This document shows, piece by piece, positions 1 to 10,379 of a stretch of 64,000 bases of DNA. Where the stretch lies: assembly GCA_963777605.1 (NCBI GenBank), contig CAVZRV010000030.1:96001-160000 (forward strand), read 5' to 3'. Position numbers and translations under genes: made by a program. The first letter of the stretch is position 1, and every line of letters begins with the position of its first letter. A model generated the notes under the pieces. The model was not told the DNA's origin. It did not search any database and saw only the letters and a program-made list of their open reading frames with translations. The DNA is from an uncultured Acidobacteriota bacterium (GTDB lineage Bacteria; Acidobacteriota; UBA6911; RPQK01; JAPXNP01).

Positions 1-90
1 CTGCGAAGTGGCTTCAAGCAGGTATTCAACCTTCGCGGAGGGATCCACGCGTGGGCATTGCAGGTGGATCCCGACGTTCCAACCTACTAA
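1..90 (+). CDS. 3' end of a rhodanese-domain protein (MoeB/MoeZ-like C-terminus), truncated by the window edge
   Basis: Frame 1 reads LRSGFKQVFNLRGGIHAWALQVDPDVPTY*, the typical rhodanese C-terminal 'NLxGGIxAW...VDPxxPxY' motif. Confidence 0.8.
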   Translation: MRSGFKQVFNLRGGIHAWALQVDPDVPTY

Positions 91-373
91 GAACATCTAC
101 GATTTTTGATTTTTGATTGTTCTCGGGGCCTGGCTTGCGGAAACGGAGTAACTCGGATCCACTCTTCCGCCACCGAATCACAAGTCAGCAATCGAAGATC
201 ACAGCTGTTTTTGGGATTGTGGCAACGGAAGCTTTCGCTTCCTGACGGCGCTTGGACCGTTCTGTGTTGGGCAAAAGCGGAAGCTGCCGCTTCCCCACGC
301 CACATTGGGGTTCGCTCTATCACCAATTTAGGGATCGACTTCGAGCCTCAAACCTTGAACCGGGATACTTCAT

Positions 374-423
374 ACCAGGAACCAGGAACCAGGAACCAGG
401 AACCAGGAACCAGGAACCACGGA
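374..423. repeat. Heptamer tandem repeat (ACCAGGA)6 plus one degenerate copy
   Basis: Six perfect copies at 374-415, then ACCACGGA; intergenic between convergent genes. Confidence 0.95.
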
Positions 424-436
424 ACCACCACCCCCG

Positions 437-3151
437 TCACTTCCTCTCTTCCTGGAGCTTGTTCAGTAGCTCTCCAAGTTTCTTCTGTTCCTCCCCGTAG
501 GCCGCCCAGTCGCCTTGTTTCAGGTACTGCTGGCTGTTGTCGAATGCCTGGATAGCCTGTTTGACGAGATCGGACAATTCAATCGCACCCGTCGGAGGTG
601 TTGTCGGGGGTGCGGTTTCGCGGGGGGGTGCGTTCTCGGGTCGAAAAGACTTGTCTGCTCCGAAAACCGCGGTTTCGAGGGCTTCAGCCAGAGTTTCCCC
701 GAGGGCGACCTTGTTTTCGTAAACCACGATGACCCGGGTCAGTTCGGGGATCTCGCTCTTCTCAGCCTGGAGATAGAGGGGCTCAACATAGAGCACGGAG
801 TGCGCAATTGGGATCACCAGCAGGTTGCCCCGGATGACCTGAGATCCCTTCTGGCTCCAAAGCGTGATCAACTGAGAAATGTCCGGGTTTTGATCGATTC
901 GAGCCTCGATCTGCATGGGACCGTAGGTCAACTCCTGCTTGGGAAACTGGTAGAGGACCAGCTTGCCGTATTCGTCGCCGTCTGAACGGGCTGCCAGCCA
1001 GGAGATCATGTTGTTCTTGTTTCGCGGGGTGAAGGGAATCAGCAGGATGAACTCCTCCGAATTGCTCTCCGGGAGAGACATGATCACGTAGTAGCTCTCC
1101 ATCACCTGCTCGGTGCCGCGATAGATCTCGTTGGGAACTTCCCAGACGTCCTCCTGGTTGTAGAAAACCGTCGGATCGGTCATGTGGTATTGGCGGTAGA
1201 TATGCCGCTGTACGTCGAAGAAGTCGGTCGGGTAGCGGAGGTGCGACCGAAGCCCGGGCGTCATCTCCTCCAGTTTACGGAACATGCCGGGGAAGATCTT
1301 CGAGTAAACCTGGACGATCGGATCGCTGGGGTCGGAGACGTAGAAGAAGACGTCGCCGAGGTAGGCGTCGATTACGATCTTGACCGAATTGCGGATGTAG
1401 TTGAACTGGGGTGCCTCCCGACTCGGGAACGGTTCCGAGTAGGGATAACGGTTGGAGACCGTGTAGGCGTCCTGAACCCAGAAAAGCTTGCCCTCGTCGA
1501 TCACAATGTAGGGGTCCTGATCGAAATAGAGAAAAGGAGCCAGCCTCTCAACCCGGTCCTGGATGCGGCGGTGCAGGAGCACGCGGCTGTCCTTGTTGAA
1601 GTTGCCCGTGAACAGAACCTTGTAGCTCCCGAGTTCCCATGAGAAGAGCGCACGCATCAGGAGGGAATTGATCGGCAACCCGCGATCAGCCTGGTAGGTG
1701 CTAGTGGCGTTGGACTCGCCCATCGGGTAGTCGAACTCCTCCAGGTCGGTGCGAACGAAAACGGGGTAATCAGCTTTTTCTCCGAAATAGATTTCGGGGC
1801 GGTCAATCTGAATATTGATGCTCGACCGGGGCGGGATGTCTTTGATGAAGAACTCGGGAAGTCCCTCGGCGGTAACTTCGTTGACCGGGCTCATGCAGAG
1901 CCCCTGCCCGTGCGTGTACTGGAAATGCTTGTTGATCCAGTTCTGTGCGCTCTCGGAAATTCTGCTGAAATCGAGTTCCCTGACGGAAAGCATCACCTGG
2001 CGCTGTTGTCCCTGAATCGGGTAGCGGTCTACGTCAACATCCTCGAACTCGTAATAGAGACGAATCGACTGCAACTGGCTGTAGGCGTCCTTGAGCGGTC
2101 TCCAGTCCCACAGGCGAATGTTTCGGAGAGTTCCCTGGCGGTGGCTGAAATCCTGTTCGGTGATTGGCTTTCCGGTCTGGAAATCACGGATGTCGATCTG
2201 GTCCAGCTTGTAGGCGGCCAGGGTCGACTGGATGTGGTCTTGAATGTATGGAGTTTCCCGTTGAAGTTCGTTGGGGTTCACCCAGAAGGTCTGCAGAAGC
2301 GGCGGGAAGAACTGCGTCACGACGGTCAACAGGAGGTACCCGATGATGGTGAAAAGGGTTGGACGGATACTGCGGGCGGCCAGGGAGGAGAGCAGAACGA
2401 TCGCAGTCAGTACCGACGCTATGCCGAGAATGTAGTACAGCGGCAGCCACCCGTTCACATCGGTGTAGCCGGCTCCGTAGAGGACTCCTCCGGGGCTGTA
2501 CAGGATGTCGTAGCGGTGAATCCAGTAGCGAAAGCCGAGCACCACGAGGAGAGCGGCCAGGTTAATGGTCAGGTGAGTCCTGGCAATCCGGGAGAGCCTC
2601 AGGCCGTTGAGATAGCCGAGATGGCCGTGCACGAGGTACCCGGCACCTGACAGAAGCAGCCCCAACAGAAGCAGCCCGAAAAGATAGTCCGTACAGAGTT
2701 GATAGACGGGGAGGGAAAAGAGGTAAAACCCGGTGTCTTTGGAAAAGATAGGGTCGATCGCACCGCCACCGACCCGGTTGAAGAACTGGAGGAAGGTCAT
2801 CCAGTGATACTGGGCAACCAGCCCCGCGATGACTGAGGCTGCTGCGGCGACCAGAACCAGTACGGCGCGGGAACTCTTCTGGGCAACGCTGACGAATTCC
2901 TGTCTGAACCAGAACCCTTCTGTTTTCGCTTCGCGCGAGGACAGCCAGATCCCCAGCCAGAGGAGGCCGAACGCAATCAGCGCGCCGGCAGCAAAGGCGA
3001 AAAACCGGGCACTCAGAGTCAGACGGAAGACATCCCAGTAACCCAGTGATTCAAACCACAGGCCTTCGATATAGATCGTGATGCCACCCGCCAGGGCCGC
3101 CCAGATCAACAACAGGATCGCAATGAGAACGAGGTTGCGAGCTTTTTTCAT
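437..3151 (-). CDS. UPF0182 family membrane protein
   Basis: 904 aa; N-terminal TM helices, LWFxSLGY, DPIFSKDxGFYLFxLP, GAGYTDV, NIRLWDWRPL, YTHG, FNYIRNSVK, GPxQIEARIDQ and LYVEPLYLQA motifs. Confidence 0.95.
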   Translation of the reverse strand: MKKARNLVLIAILLLIWAALAGGITIYIEGLWFESLGYWDVFRLTLSARFFAFAAGALIAFGLLWLGIWLSSREAKTEGFWFRQEFVSVAQKSSRAVLVLVAAAASVIAGLVAQYHWMTFLQFFNRVGGGAIDPIFSKDTGFYLFSLPVYQLCTDYLFGLLLLGLLLSGAGYLVHGHLGYLNGLRLSRIARTHLTINLAALLVVLGFRYWIHRYDILYSPGGVLYGAGYTDVNGWLPLYYILGIASVLTAIVLLSSLAARSIRPTLFTIIGYLLLTVVTQFFPPLLQTFWVNPNELQRETPYIQDHIQSTLAAYKLDQIDIRDFQTGKPITEQDFSHRQGTLRNIRLWDWRPLKDAYSQLQSIRLYYEFEDVDVDRYPIQGQQRQVMLSVRELDFSRISESAQNWINKHFQYTHGQGLCMSPVNEVTAEGLPEFFIKDIPPRSSINIQIDRPEIYFGEKADYPVFVRTDLEEFDYPMGESNATSTYQADRGLPINSLLMRALFSWELGSYKVLFTGNFNKDSRVLLHRRIQDRVERLAPFLYFDQDPYIVIDEGKLFWVQDAYTVSNRYPYSEPFPSREAPQFNYIRNSVKIVIDAYLGDVFFYVSDPSDPIVQVYSKIFPGMFRKLEEMTPGLRSHLRYPTDFFDVQRHIYRQYHMTDPTVFYNQEDVWEVPNEIYRGTEQVMESYYVIMSLPESNSEEFILLIPFTPRNKNNMISWLAARSDGDEYGKLVLYQFPKQELTYGPMQIEARIDQNPDISQLITLWSQKGSQVIRGNLLVIPIAHSVLYVEPLYLQAEKSEIPELTRVIVVYENKVALGETLAEALETAVFGADKSFRPENAPPRETAPPTTPPTGAIELSDLVKQAIQAFDNSQQYLKQGDWAAYGEEQKKLGELLNKLQEERK

Positions 3152-3324
3152 GATTGTTTTCAGTACCCGATTCTCGACTTTCCTGGCCTGATTGTCGAGT
3201 TGAGGGATGGAATCCGAGGTGTCAACGCCCGCGTAAAGATATAATCATCATGCCGGGCGCCGGCATCGATACTGCGAAATCCGGACCATCGTTCCGGGGT
3301 TTCTGAATTCGGGTCAGGGTTGGT

Positions 3325-4927
3325 TTGGTGAGGAAATTTATTCTCTTAGTGATTGCTGTTCTTGCTGCCGCCGGGAGCGTAGTGGCCTCCCGTCAGGACG
3401 ATCGGCTCAAAGACGAAGAAGCGCTCAGCTACTATCGCAAGTGGCTCGACGAAGACGTCACCTACATCATCACCGAGGAAGAACGCGCCGTCTTCAACAA
3501 GCTTTCCACGCCCGAGGAGAAGGAGCAGTTCATCGAGCAGTTCTGGTTCCGGCGTGATCCGGATCCGCGCACTGCGGTGAACGAATTCAAGGAAGAACAC
3601 TACCGCCGGGTCGCGTACGCCAACGAACACTTCCATTCTGGTCTGCCGGGCTGGATGACCGACCGCGGACGCATCTACATCATTCACGGTCCTCCCAACG
3701 AAATCGAGTCCCACGCCTCCGGGGGCAACTACAACCGGAAGTCGTACGAGGGCGGCGGGAGCACCTCGACCTACCCGTTCGAGGTCTGGAGATATCGGCA
3801 TATCGAAGGCATCGGGGACGACGTGGAACTGGAATTCGTCGATCCCAGCCTGACCGGGGAGTACCGTCTCGCCCTCAACCCCGAGGAGAAGGATGCGCTT
3901 CTGTACGTTCCGGGAGGCGGCCCAACGATGGCCGAGGAACTGGGGTTGGCAACCAAGGCGGACCGCCCCTGGTTCTCTCCCGGCAACCGTGAGCACTATC
4001 CGCTGATGCCGCAACGGGCGAAGGACAACCCGTTCACCCGCTACGAGACCTACTCGCTGGTTCAGCGACCTGCAGAAATCAAGTACCAGGACCTGAAGGA
4101 AATCGTCCAGGTGAACCTGGCCTACGATTCGCTTGCCGTTTGTCTCCCGAGAGGACTACTTCAGGTTGTCGAAGAGCGAGTTGCTGGTACCGGTCACGTT
4201 TCAGATCCGGAACCGGGACCTGAGTTTTGCCCGGGAGAACTCCGGCCAGGTGGCGCGGGTAGCGGTCTACGGAATCGTCACCAGTATCACCAATCGTGTC
4301 GTGACCGAGTTTGAGGACGACCTCGTGGTCTCGTATCCGGATGATCGATTTCAGGAAGGACTTCTGCGGGATTCCGCTTACCAGAAGGTCGTCCTTCTCG
4401 ACCCGCGCCTGCGTTACAAGCTTGACCTGGTGGTCAAGGACAAGAACAGCCAGAAGGTTGGTGTCGTCCGAAAGGCCTTGATGCCTCCCGCGTTTCCTGA
4501 CGATCGACTCGTGGCCAGCCGGTTGATACTGGCCGATGAAGTGCGCCTCCTCGAGGGTATGCCCAGTCGGGACGAGATGTTCGTGTTGGGGGACGTCAAG
4601 GTGAGGCCCAGCCTTCGCGCCCGGTTCGAGTCCGACAAACCGCTCGGGTTCTACTGCCAGCTCTACAATGTCGCCCTCGACCAGACCTCGATGGCGCCCT
4701 CGCTGGACGTCTCGTACCGCCTGCTGCAGGATGGTTCGGTGGTCCGGGAAGCCCATGACGACCAGGGGTCGTCGATCCAGTATTTCTCCGCAGACCGGGT
4801 TGTCCTGGTCGGGCGGCTCAAGCTGCAAGGCCTGAGTCCCGGGAAGTACCAGGTCCAGGTCACCGTTCAGGACAAGCTGACCGGACAGTCCGTGGCTCTC
4901 AGCGAAAACCTGGAAATTACACCGTAG
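3325..4927 (+). CDS. GWxTD domain-containing exported protein, split by a +1 frameshift near 4130
   Basis: Signal peptide, FWxRRDPDP, EHYRRVAYANE and PGWMTDRGRIYI in ORF 3325-4314. The C-terminal beta-rich part continues in ORF 4133-4927. Removing one base in GATTCGCTTGCCG restores YDSLPFVSRE. Confidence 0.85.
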
Positions 4928-4972
4928 GGTCCATTCAGGGTTCCCTCGGTGCCAACCACGGATGAGGGTGTC

Positions 4973-5449
4973 CTACCTTCTCTCGCCGAAGAACTGCTGC
5001 AGGAGGCTTCTGGCTTCTTCGGAACAAACGCCACTGACGACCTCGACGGTGTGATTGAACCGTCCCGGGCTGAGGACTTCGAGCTTGGACACGACCCCGC
5101 CTCCTTTTTCATCCGGCGTCCCGAAGACGAGCCGCGAGAGCCGGGCCCAGATCAGGGAGCCGGCACACATGGGACAGGGTTCGACCGTGACGAACAGATC
5201 CACGCCGTTGAGCCGGTAGTTTCCGAGGACTCGACCCGCAGCCCGCAGGACGAGGATTTCAGCATGAGCCGTTGGGTCAGAGAGTTGCACGCTGCGGTTG
5301 TGGTCCCGGGCCAGTATCTCGCCGTTCCGGACCGCGACTGCACCCACCGGGACCTCGTGCTCGGCAGCCGCCAGCCTGGCCTCCTCCAGCGCCAGTTGCA
5401 TCCAGTCGGCATCTGCGGTTTGACCGAGTTCCTCAGGCAAGATCGTCAT
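4973..5449 (-). CDS. tadA: tRNA adenosine(34) deaminase
   Basis: WMQLALEEA, EVPVGAV, DPTAHAE, NYRL, TVEPCPMC, RFNH and FF near the C-terminus; start reassigned to ATG 5449. Confidence 0.93.
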   Translation of the reverse strand: MTILPEELGQTADADWMQLALEEARLAAAEHEVPVGAVAVRNGEILARDHNRSVQLSDPTAHAEILVLRAAGRVLGNYRLNGVDLFVTVEPCPMCAGSLIWARLSRLVFGTPDEKGGGVVSKLEVLSPGRFNHTVEVVSGVCSEEARSLLQQFFGERR

Positions 5450-5687
5450 AGACAATGTTCCCTCCCTGTTCGCGCAACATGCGGCAGATTGGGCAGTCAT
5501 CTTCGAAGAGCTCGCGCGGGTCGAACTCTCGAATTCGTCGCCCGATCTCCTCATGCGACGGATGATCGAGGTGAACGAGGTTGAAGTTACCCACTCTGCT
5601 GATGACGGCATGGTCGCCGAACATCCGTTTCAGTTCTGCTTCGGTCTCCGGTTCACAATCGCTCAAGAATGACCAGGAATTGGGCAT
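5433..5687 (-). CDS. Small hypothetical protein with a CxxC motif
   Basis: ATG preceded by AAAGGAGG; ~84 aa with DDCPICRML; overlaps the tadA start. Confidence 0.65.
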   Translation of the reverse strand: MPNSWSFLSDCEPETEAELKRMFGDHAVISRVGNFNLVHLDHPSHEEIGRRIREFDPRELFEDDCPICRMLREQGGNIVYDDLA

Positions 5688-5786
5688 TGATGCCTCCTTT
5701 CTGATCACTAATAACGATCGAGTCGGAAAATCTACCGGTTAACCTCCTGCACCCTCCGCTACGGGTATTCTGCGGACCGGCCTGAA

Positions 5787-7186
5787 TCAGTCGAGGAGGC
5801 GCTCGGGCATGTCGGCGAGGATGTAGGCGTAGACCGCCATCGCTGCCAGGTTTGCCCGCAGGTCCTGGGGTGAGATCTTGTCCACCGTGTCGGCATCGCT
5901 GTGATGCCAGTCGAAATAGTGCTCGCCGATGGTGCGCAGACCGAGGCCCGGGACACCGGATCGCATCAGTGGGCTGATGTCTCCTCCTCCGCCGCCTTTC
6001 GAAACCTGATCGGCACCGATCGGTTTCAGAAAAAGAGCGATCTGGCGAAGACGATCCAACGCACGCTCGATAGGTCTCGTCGCTTCCGTCGACGATGCCA
6101 AGACCGAAACCGACCGGACGCTCCGCCCCGGCGTCCATCTCGATGGCGGCAACGTGGGTGGCGTCCTGCTCTTTCGCCCACGCACCATAGGCACGACCAC
6201 CGTCGAGCCCGTTCTCCTCGTTGGTGAAAAGGACCACCCGGAGGGTTCGACGGGGGCGAAGTCCAAGGTCGAGCAGGAGCCGGGCAGCCTGCATGCTGAC
6301 CACCACGCCACCTCCGTCGTCGTGAGCACCCTGACCCACATCCCAGGAGTCGATGTGTCCTCCGATGACTACGACTTCGTTGGGAAGGCTCCATCCGACG
6401 ATTTCGCCGACCACATCCGCCGAGGGAGCGGGCGGGAAGCTCTTTGCCTCCATGTGGAGTTCGACCTCCACTTTTCCGACTTCACGGGTCAGGCGCTGAA
6501 GCAGTTCCGCGTCCTCGATCGAGATGGCCGCCGTGGGGATCTTAGGGGTGTCGTCGTGGTAGCGCATCGCGCCCGTGTGAGGAGACTGGAGGCTCACGGG
6601 GGTTGCCGATCGCACCAGTGCGGCGACAGCTCCGAGTTCGGCGGCTTTCGACGGCGCCGTCGGTTCGGTAGGCAACGGTCCGGCCATACCCTTCCCAGGG
6701 TTCGTTGTAAACGACAATTTTGCCTTCGACTTCGGCCCGTCCCCTGGCGGCGAGTTCGTCGAAGTTGCTAACCACGACAACCGGTGCCCGCACCCCTTCG
6801 GGAGGAGTCCCCACACTTCCACCCAGTCCGGTCATGTGCAGCGCCAGGTTGCGCGGAGTGACGATTCGAGCCGATTCCCGGCCTCGGACCCAGTGTGCGA
6901 CATGGGTCGGGAGGAGATGCACATTGGAAAGCCCGTCTCTCTTCATCTCGTCGGCTGCCCACCGAATGGCCTCGTCGAGCTGAGGGGACCCGCTGACACG
7001 GTTTCCGATTCGGTCACAAAGGTAGCCCAGCTTTCTCCATGCCCCTTCATCCTTCATAGCGGCCTGAATGATGCGGGCCGCCGTGTCCGGGTATGCCTGT
7101 TCGATGGGAGTAGGATCGCGAGCGACGGCGCCTGCGGCCGTCAGCGCCGCCAGCAGGAGCAAGGGCCAGTGGGTATGCTTTTTCAT
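5787..7186 (-). CDS. M28 family aminopeptidase/carboxypeptidase Q-like with PA domain; two +1 frameshifts (~6650 and ~6069)
   Basis: Signal peptide and LCDRIGNRxSGS, HWVRG (ORF 6542-7186); SPHTG, GGHIDSWDVGQGAHDDG, FTNEE, EMD (ORF 5653-6822); GGGGDI, YFDWHHSxADT (ORF 5787-6341). Confidence 0.88.
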
Positions 7187-7237
7187 GATTTTCTGGTCAT
7201 TGAGAATACACCAATGAACGGTTCCATCCCGCGAGGC

Positions 7238-8260
7238 TCAGCTCCTGGGCCACTGGGCGAGTGGGGCGGTCGACTTCACCAGGTGGACTCCGGCATTCCT
7301 GAACTCCTCAAAAGCCCGGTCGGCATCTGCCGTGAAATCAGGCCCCCCGGGGACGACCACGGGAGAGGTGCAGTCTTCCAGGAGGTAGAGCCGACCGGCG
7401 ATGTCCCCGCTATCGGGATCGTTGAGCAGGTCCCTGACCGTCCATGCGACACAGTGGCTTTTGGCCTGACCAGCTACGATCACGCGGTCGAATCCGGCGA
7501 GAGATTCAACCAGTTCCCGATTGCGGGAGCCGATCGATTGGCCGTCGGCCGAGCGATCGACCTCGGGCCCCAGGACCGAGTAGTGTTCGGTCAGTGGGTT
7601 GCTTCCTTTGATCTCGAACCGGGCGGGGCTGAAGCGGCACTGCTCGTGAAAGAAGACGGCCTGTTCCACGGATGAGACCAGGGCGTGGCCGATACCGCCG
7701 AGCATCGAGTGGTAGGGCCATATGATCCAGTCGAGTCGCGACGACTGGCGGAGCGTGCGGGCGTAGTGGAGACAGTGGCGGTTCAAATCGTCCAGGCTTC
7801 GACCGAGCGCCCACGCGGCCTCGGGATTGATCGACCAGCGGCCGCTTTCGATCTCTTCGACGGTGATTCGTGTATTCGGTTCGGGATGAAGACCGTTCGA
7901 GTCGATGAGAAAGACGGGGTGGAAAATCTGGAAGCTTTGATGGGTATCCAGGGTTGGAACCACCTGAGTGATCGAAGCAAGGTTGCGGTAGATGAACCGG
8001 CACAGGCGAATGTTGTCGTCAACGGCGCCGCGACCGTTGTTCCCCGCGACGAAGAGTTCGAAATCGGGGATACAGAAAGTGTTTTGGACGTCTACCAAGA
8101 GCAGGCATGTTCTGTGCGAATCCTCGGACGCTGGGCGAACGTCATGCTGTTTCCTCCACTCAGCGGCCAGTTGTGCGGTCTCCTGGTAGTCTGTTTTCCA
8201 GACTTTACCGACGAGGTCTTCGTCGAACAGTGCCGGGGTCGGTAACTCTTTCCGTGGCAT
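7238..8260 (-). CDS. Isochorismatase/nicotinamidase-like cysteine hydrolase
   Basis: LLLVDVQNTFC, TLDTH, IWPYH, KGSNPLTEHYS and AGQAKSHCV motifs; true start likely ATG 8260 (MPRKELP). Confidence 0.85.
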   Translation of the reverse strand: MPRKELPTPALFDEDLVGKVWKTDYQETAQLAAEWRKQHDVRPASEDSHRTCLLLVDVQNTFCIPDFELFVAGNNGRGAVDDNIRLCRFIYRNLASITQVVPTLDTHQSFQIFHPVFLIDSNGLHPEPNTRITVEEIESGRWSINPEAAWALGRSLDDLNRHCLHYARTLRQSSRLDWIIWPYHSMLGGIGHALVSSVEQAVFFHEQCRFSPARFEIKGSNPLTEHYSVLGPEVDRSADGQSIGSRNRELVESLAGFDRVIVAGQAKSHCVAWTVRDLLNDPDSGDIAGRLYLLEDCTSPVVVPGGPDFTADADRAFEEFRNAGVHLVKSTAPLAQWPRS

Positions 8261-8261
8261 A

Positions 8262-10220
8262 ATGCGTCCTTCAATGAAATCCTTGCATGGTCCGCTCCGG
8301 GTGATCTGTGTCTGCCTGATGCTCTCGTTTCCTGTCTTCAGCATGGGACAGGGCGGAGATCCCGAGGACCATCCCGGACCTAAACAGAGTAGCAGTTCCA
8401 AAGAGGGAGTACAGAAGGATCCGCTCACCGCCGTGCACCGGGAAGACGAGGTTGTCGTGACGGCCTCCCGGGGCGAGGAATCGGTTTCCGACAGTGTCTC
8501 ACTGGTGACCACGGTGAGCGGGCAGGAGATCGCCCAGTCGGGATCCCTGGTACTGGATGACGCCCTGCGCCAGATTCCGGGTTTCAGCCTCTTCCGGAGG
8601 AACAGCAGCCTCACGGCACATCCCACGACCCAGGGAGTCTCCTTGCGAGGCATCGGCCCCAGCGGAACCAGTCGATCGCTAGTCCTGCTCGACGGAGTTC
8701 CCCTGAACGACCCCTTTGGAGGCTGGGTTTACTGGAACCGGGTCCCCATTTCGGCTCTTCGCCAAGTCGAAGTTGTCCGGGGAGCAACCAGTCAACTTTA
8801 CGGGAGTTCCGCCCTGGGCGGGGTGATCCAGGTCCTTACCCGTGAACCTGGAGACGGGAACTTCTCTGGCTCGATCGCGGGCGGTTCCCACGCGACGATT
8901 GACCTCGACGCGACCTACAGCGGGACCGCAGCAGGAGCCAGGTACCTGGTCGGGGGACGCTTGTTCGACACCGACGGTTTCTACGTCATCGATCCCAGCT
9001 TGCGGGGCAGCATAGACCGGCCGGTGAGCCTCTCGTTCGGGACTTTCCTTGGCAAGGTGTCCATTGGGAAGGCCGACGTCGGTCTGAATTACTATTCGGA
9101 AGACCGCGGAAACGGTACTGTGTTGCAGACGAACTCGTCCAGCCTGGTTCAACTGAACGGAGGCTATACCGGCTCCAACTGGCGGGCGAACGGCTACTAC
9201 CAGGGCGGCCTCCTGGAAAGCCAGTTCTCGCGGATCCTTCCCGATCGATCGCAGGAGTTTCCTACGGCTTTTCAACGGTACGAGTCATCGGCTGTGGGCG
9301 GTTCTCTGGAGTGGAACCCTGCCGGTGACCTCCTGTTTGGAACTGATTGGAGGCGGGTTTCCTGGGACAGCGAATCTCAAAACCTCTGGGGAGCGTTCAC
9401 CCAGCTACGCCTGCCACTTCAACGACGACTCGACCTTCAGATCGGAGGGCGATTCGATGTCTGGGAAAACCAGTCCGCTCAGGGAACGTTAAGTCCCAAG
9501 GCCGGGATTCTCTTCAGGGCGACCGAGCGAATCGCCATCCGATCCTCGGTCTATCGGGGCTTTCGAGCTCCGACTCTGAACGAGCTGTATCGCCCGTTTC
9601 GGGTTGGAAACGTCGAAACCCTGGCCAACCCTGCGCTGGGAGCGGAAGCGCTCTGGGGAGGGGAAGGGGGATTTGACCTCTATCCCTCCGGCCATACCGT
9701 GGTCAGGTTGAATTTTTTCTGGAATCGCCTCGACAACCCGGTGGGAAACGTCACCCTTTCAGTTTCGGACAATCTGATCCTCCGGGAGCGACGCAACATC
9801 GGTCCTGCGACGGTGCAGGGAGTAGAGTCGGAGGCTCTCTGGCAATTGTCTTCGGACTGGTTCCTTGAGGCGGCCTACCTGTTCTCATCAACTCGGGTCG
9901 CCGAGACCGGGACCTGGATTCCCCAGGTGCCGCGCCACCAGGCATCGGCCTCTCTTCGCTACCAGGGGGTGTTGACGGCTACGCTCCAGGCGCGCGCTGC
10001 CAGCAGTGCGTTCGAGGATGATCTGAACGACTTCAGGATGGGCGGCTATGGACTTCTGGGATTCTCAGTATCCCGCAGGCTGATCAACGGGCTGGAAGTG
10101 TTCCTGACTGCAGAGAACCTGTTCGACAAGCGCTACCTGACCGGGCGGGTTCCCGATGAGCGCCTCGGAGAACCGCGCATCCTCTCGGGTGGGCTGAGGC
10201 TGAGCCTCAATCACCGTTGA
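8262..10220 (+). CDS. TonB-dependent receptor
   Basis: Signal peptide, TonB-box-like EVVVTASR, plug motifs (SLRG, LVLLDGVP, VEVVRG..SxLYGSSALGGVI), FRAPTLNELY and ENLFDKRY; start may be 8274. Confidence 0.92.
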   Translation: MRPSMKSLHGPLRVICVCLMLSFPVFSMGQGGDPEDHPGPKQSSSSKEGVQKDPLTAVHREDEVVVTASRGEESVSDSVSLVTTVSGQEIAQSGSLVLDDALRQIPGFSLFRRNSSLTAHPTTQGVSLRGIGPSGTSRSLVLLDGVPLNDPFGGWVYWNRVPISALRQVEVVRGATSQLYGSSALGGVIQVLTREPGDGNFSGSIAGGSHATIDLDATYSGTAAGARYLVGGRLFDTDGFYVIDPSLRGSIDRPVSLSFGTFLGKVSIGKADVGLNYYSEDRGNGTVLQTNSSSLVQLNGGYTGSNWRANGYYQGGLLESQFSRILPDRSQEFPTAFQRYESSAVGGSLEWNPAGDLLFGTDWRRVSWDSESQNLWGAFTQLRLPLQRRLDLQIGGRFDVWENQSAQGTLSPKAGILFRATERIAIRSSVYRGFRAPTLNELYRPFRVGNVETLANPALGAEALWGGEGGFDLYPSGHTVVRLNFFWNRLDNPVGNVTLSVSDNLILRERRNIGPATVQGVESEALWQLSSDWFLEAAYLFSSTRVAETGTWIPQVPRHQASASLRYQGVLTATLQARAASSAFEDDLNDFRMGGYGLLGFSVSRRLINGLEVFLTAENLFDKRYLTGRVPDERLGEPRILSGGLRLSLNHR

Positions 10221-10379
10221 TCGGCGAGATCGCCCCAAAGCAGTCCAGGCAGCCCTGCCTGGACTGGCCGCCGGGCAGCCTTGCCCGGCGCTCTGAAGCA
10301 CAGTCGAGAGCTAAACGGGCCGGCGGCCCGTTTGACCTGTCAGGCTGGCAGCCTCGACTACCCTGCGCGGGCAGTCGGA

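Noticed and set aside
374-423. Possible CRISPR array, or coding repeat in ORFs 106-555 and 252-500
   Set aside because: The 7-bp units have no spacers, and the ORFs are low-complexity readings of the repeat overlapping a real gene.
4120-6660. Programmed ribosomal frameshifting in the GWxTD and M28 genes
   Set aside because: No slippery heptamer or homopolymer at the sites; error or mutation is more parsimonious.
8261-8653. 131-aa N-terminal extension of the isochorismatase ORF
   Set aside because: It is antisense to the TonB receptor 5' end; family similarity begins at MPRKELP (8260).
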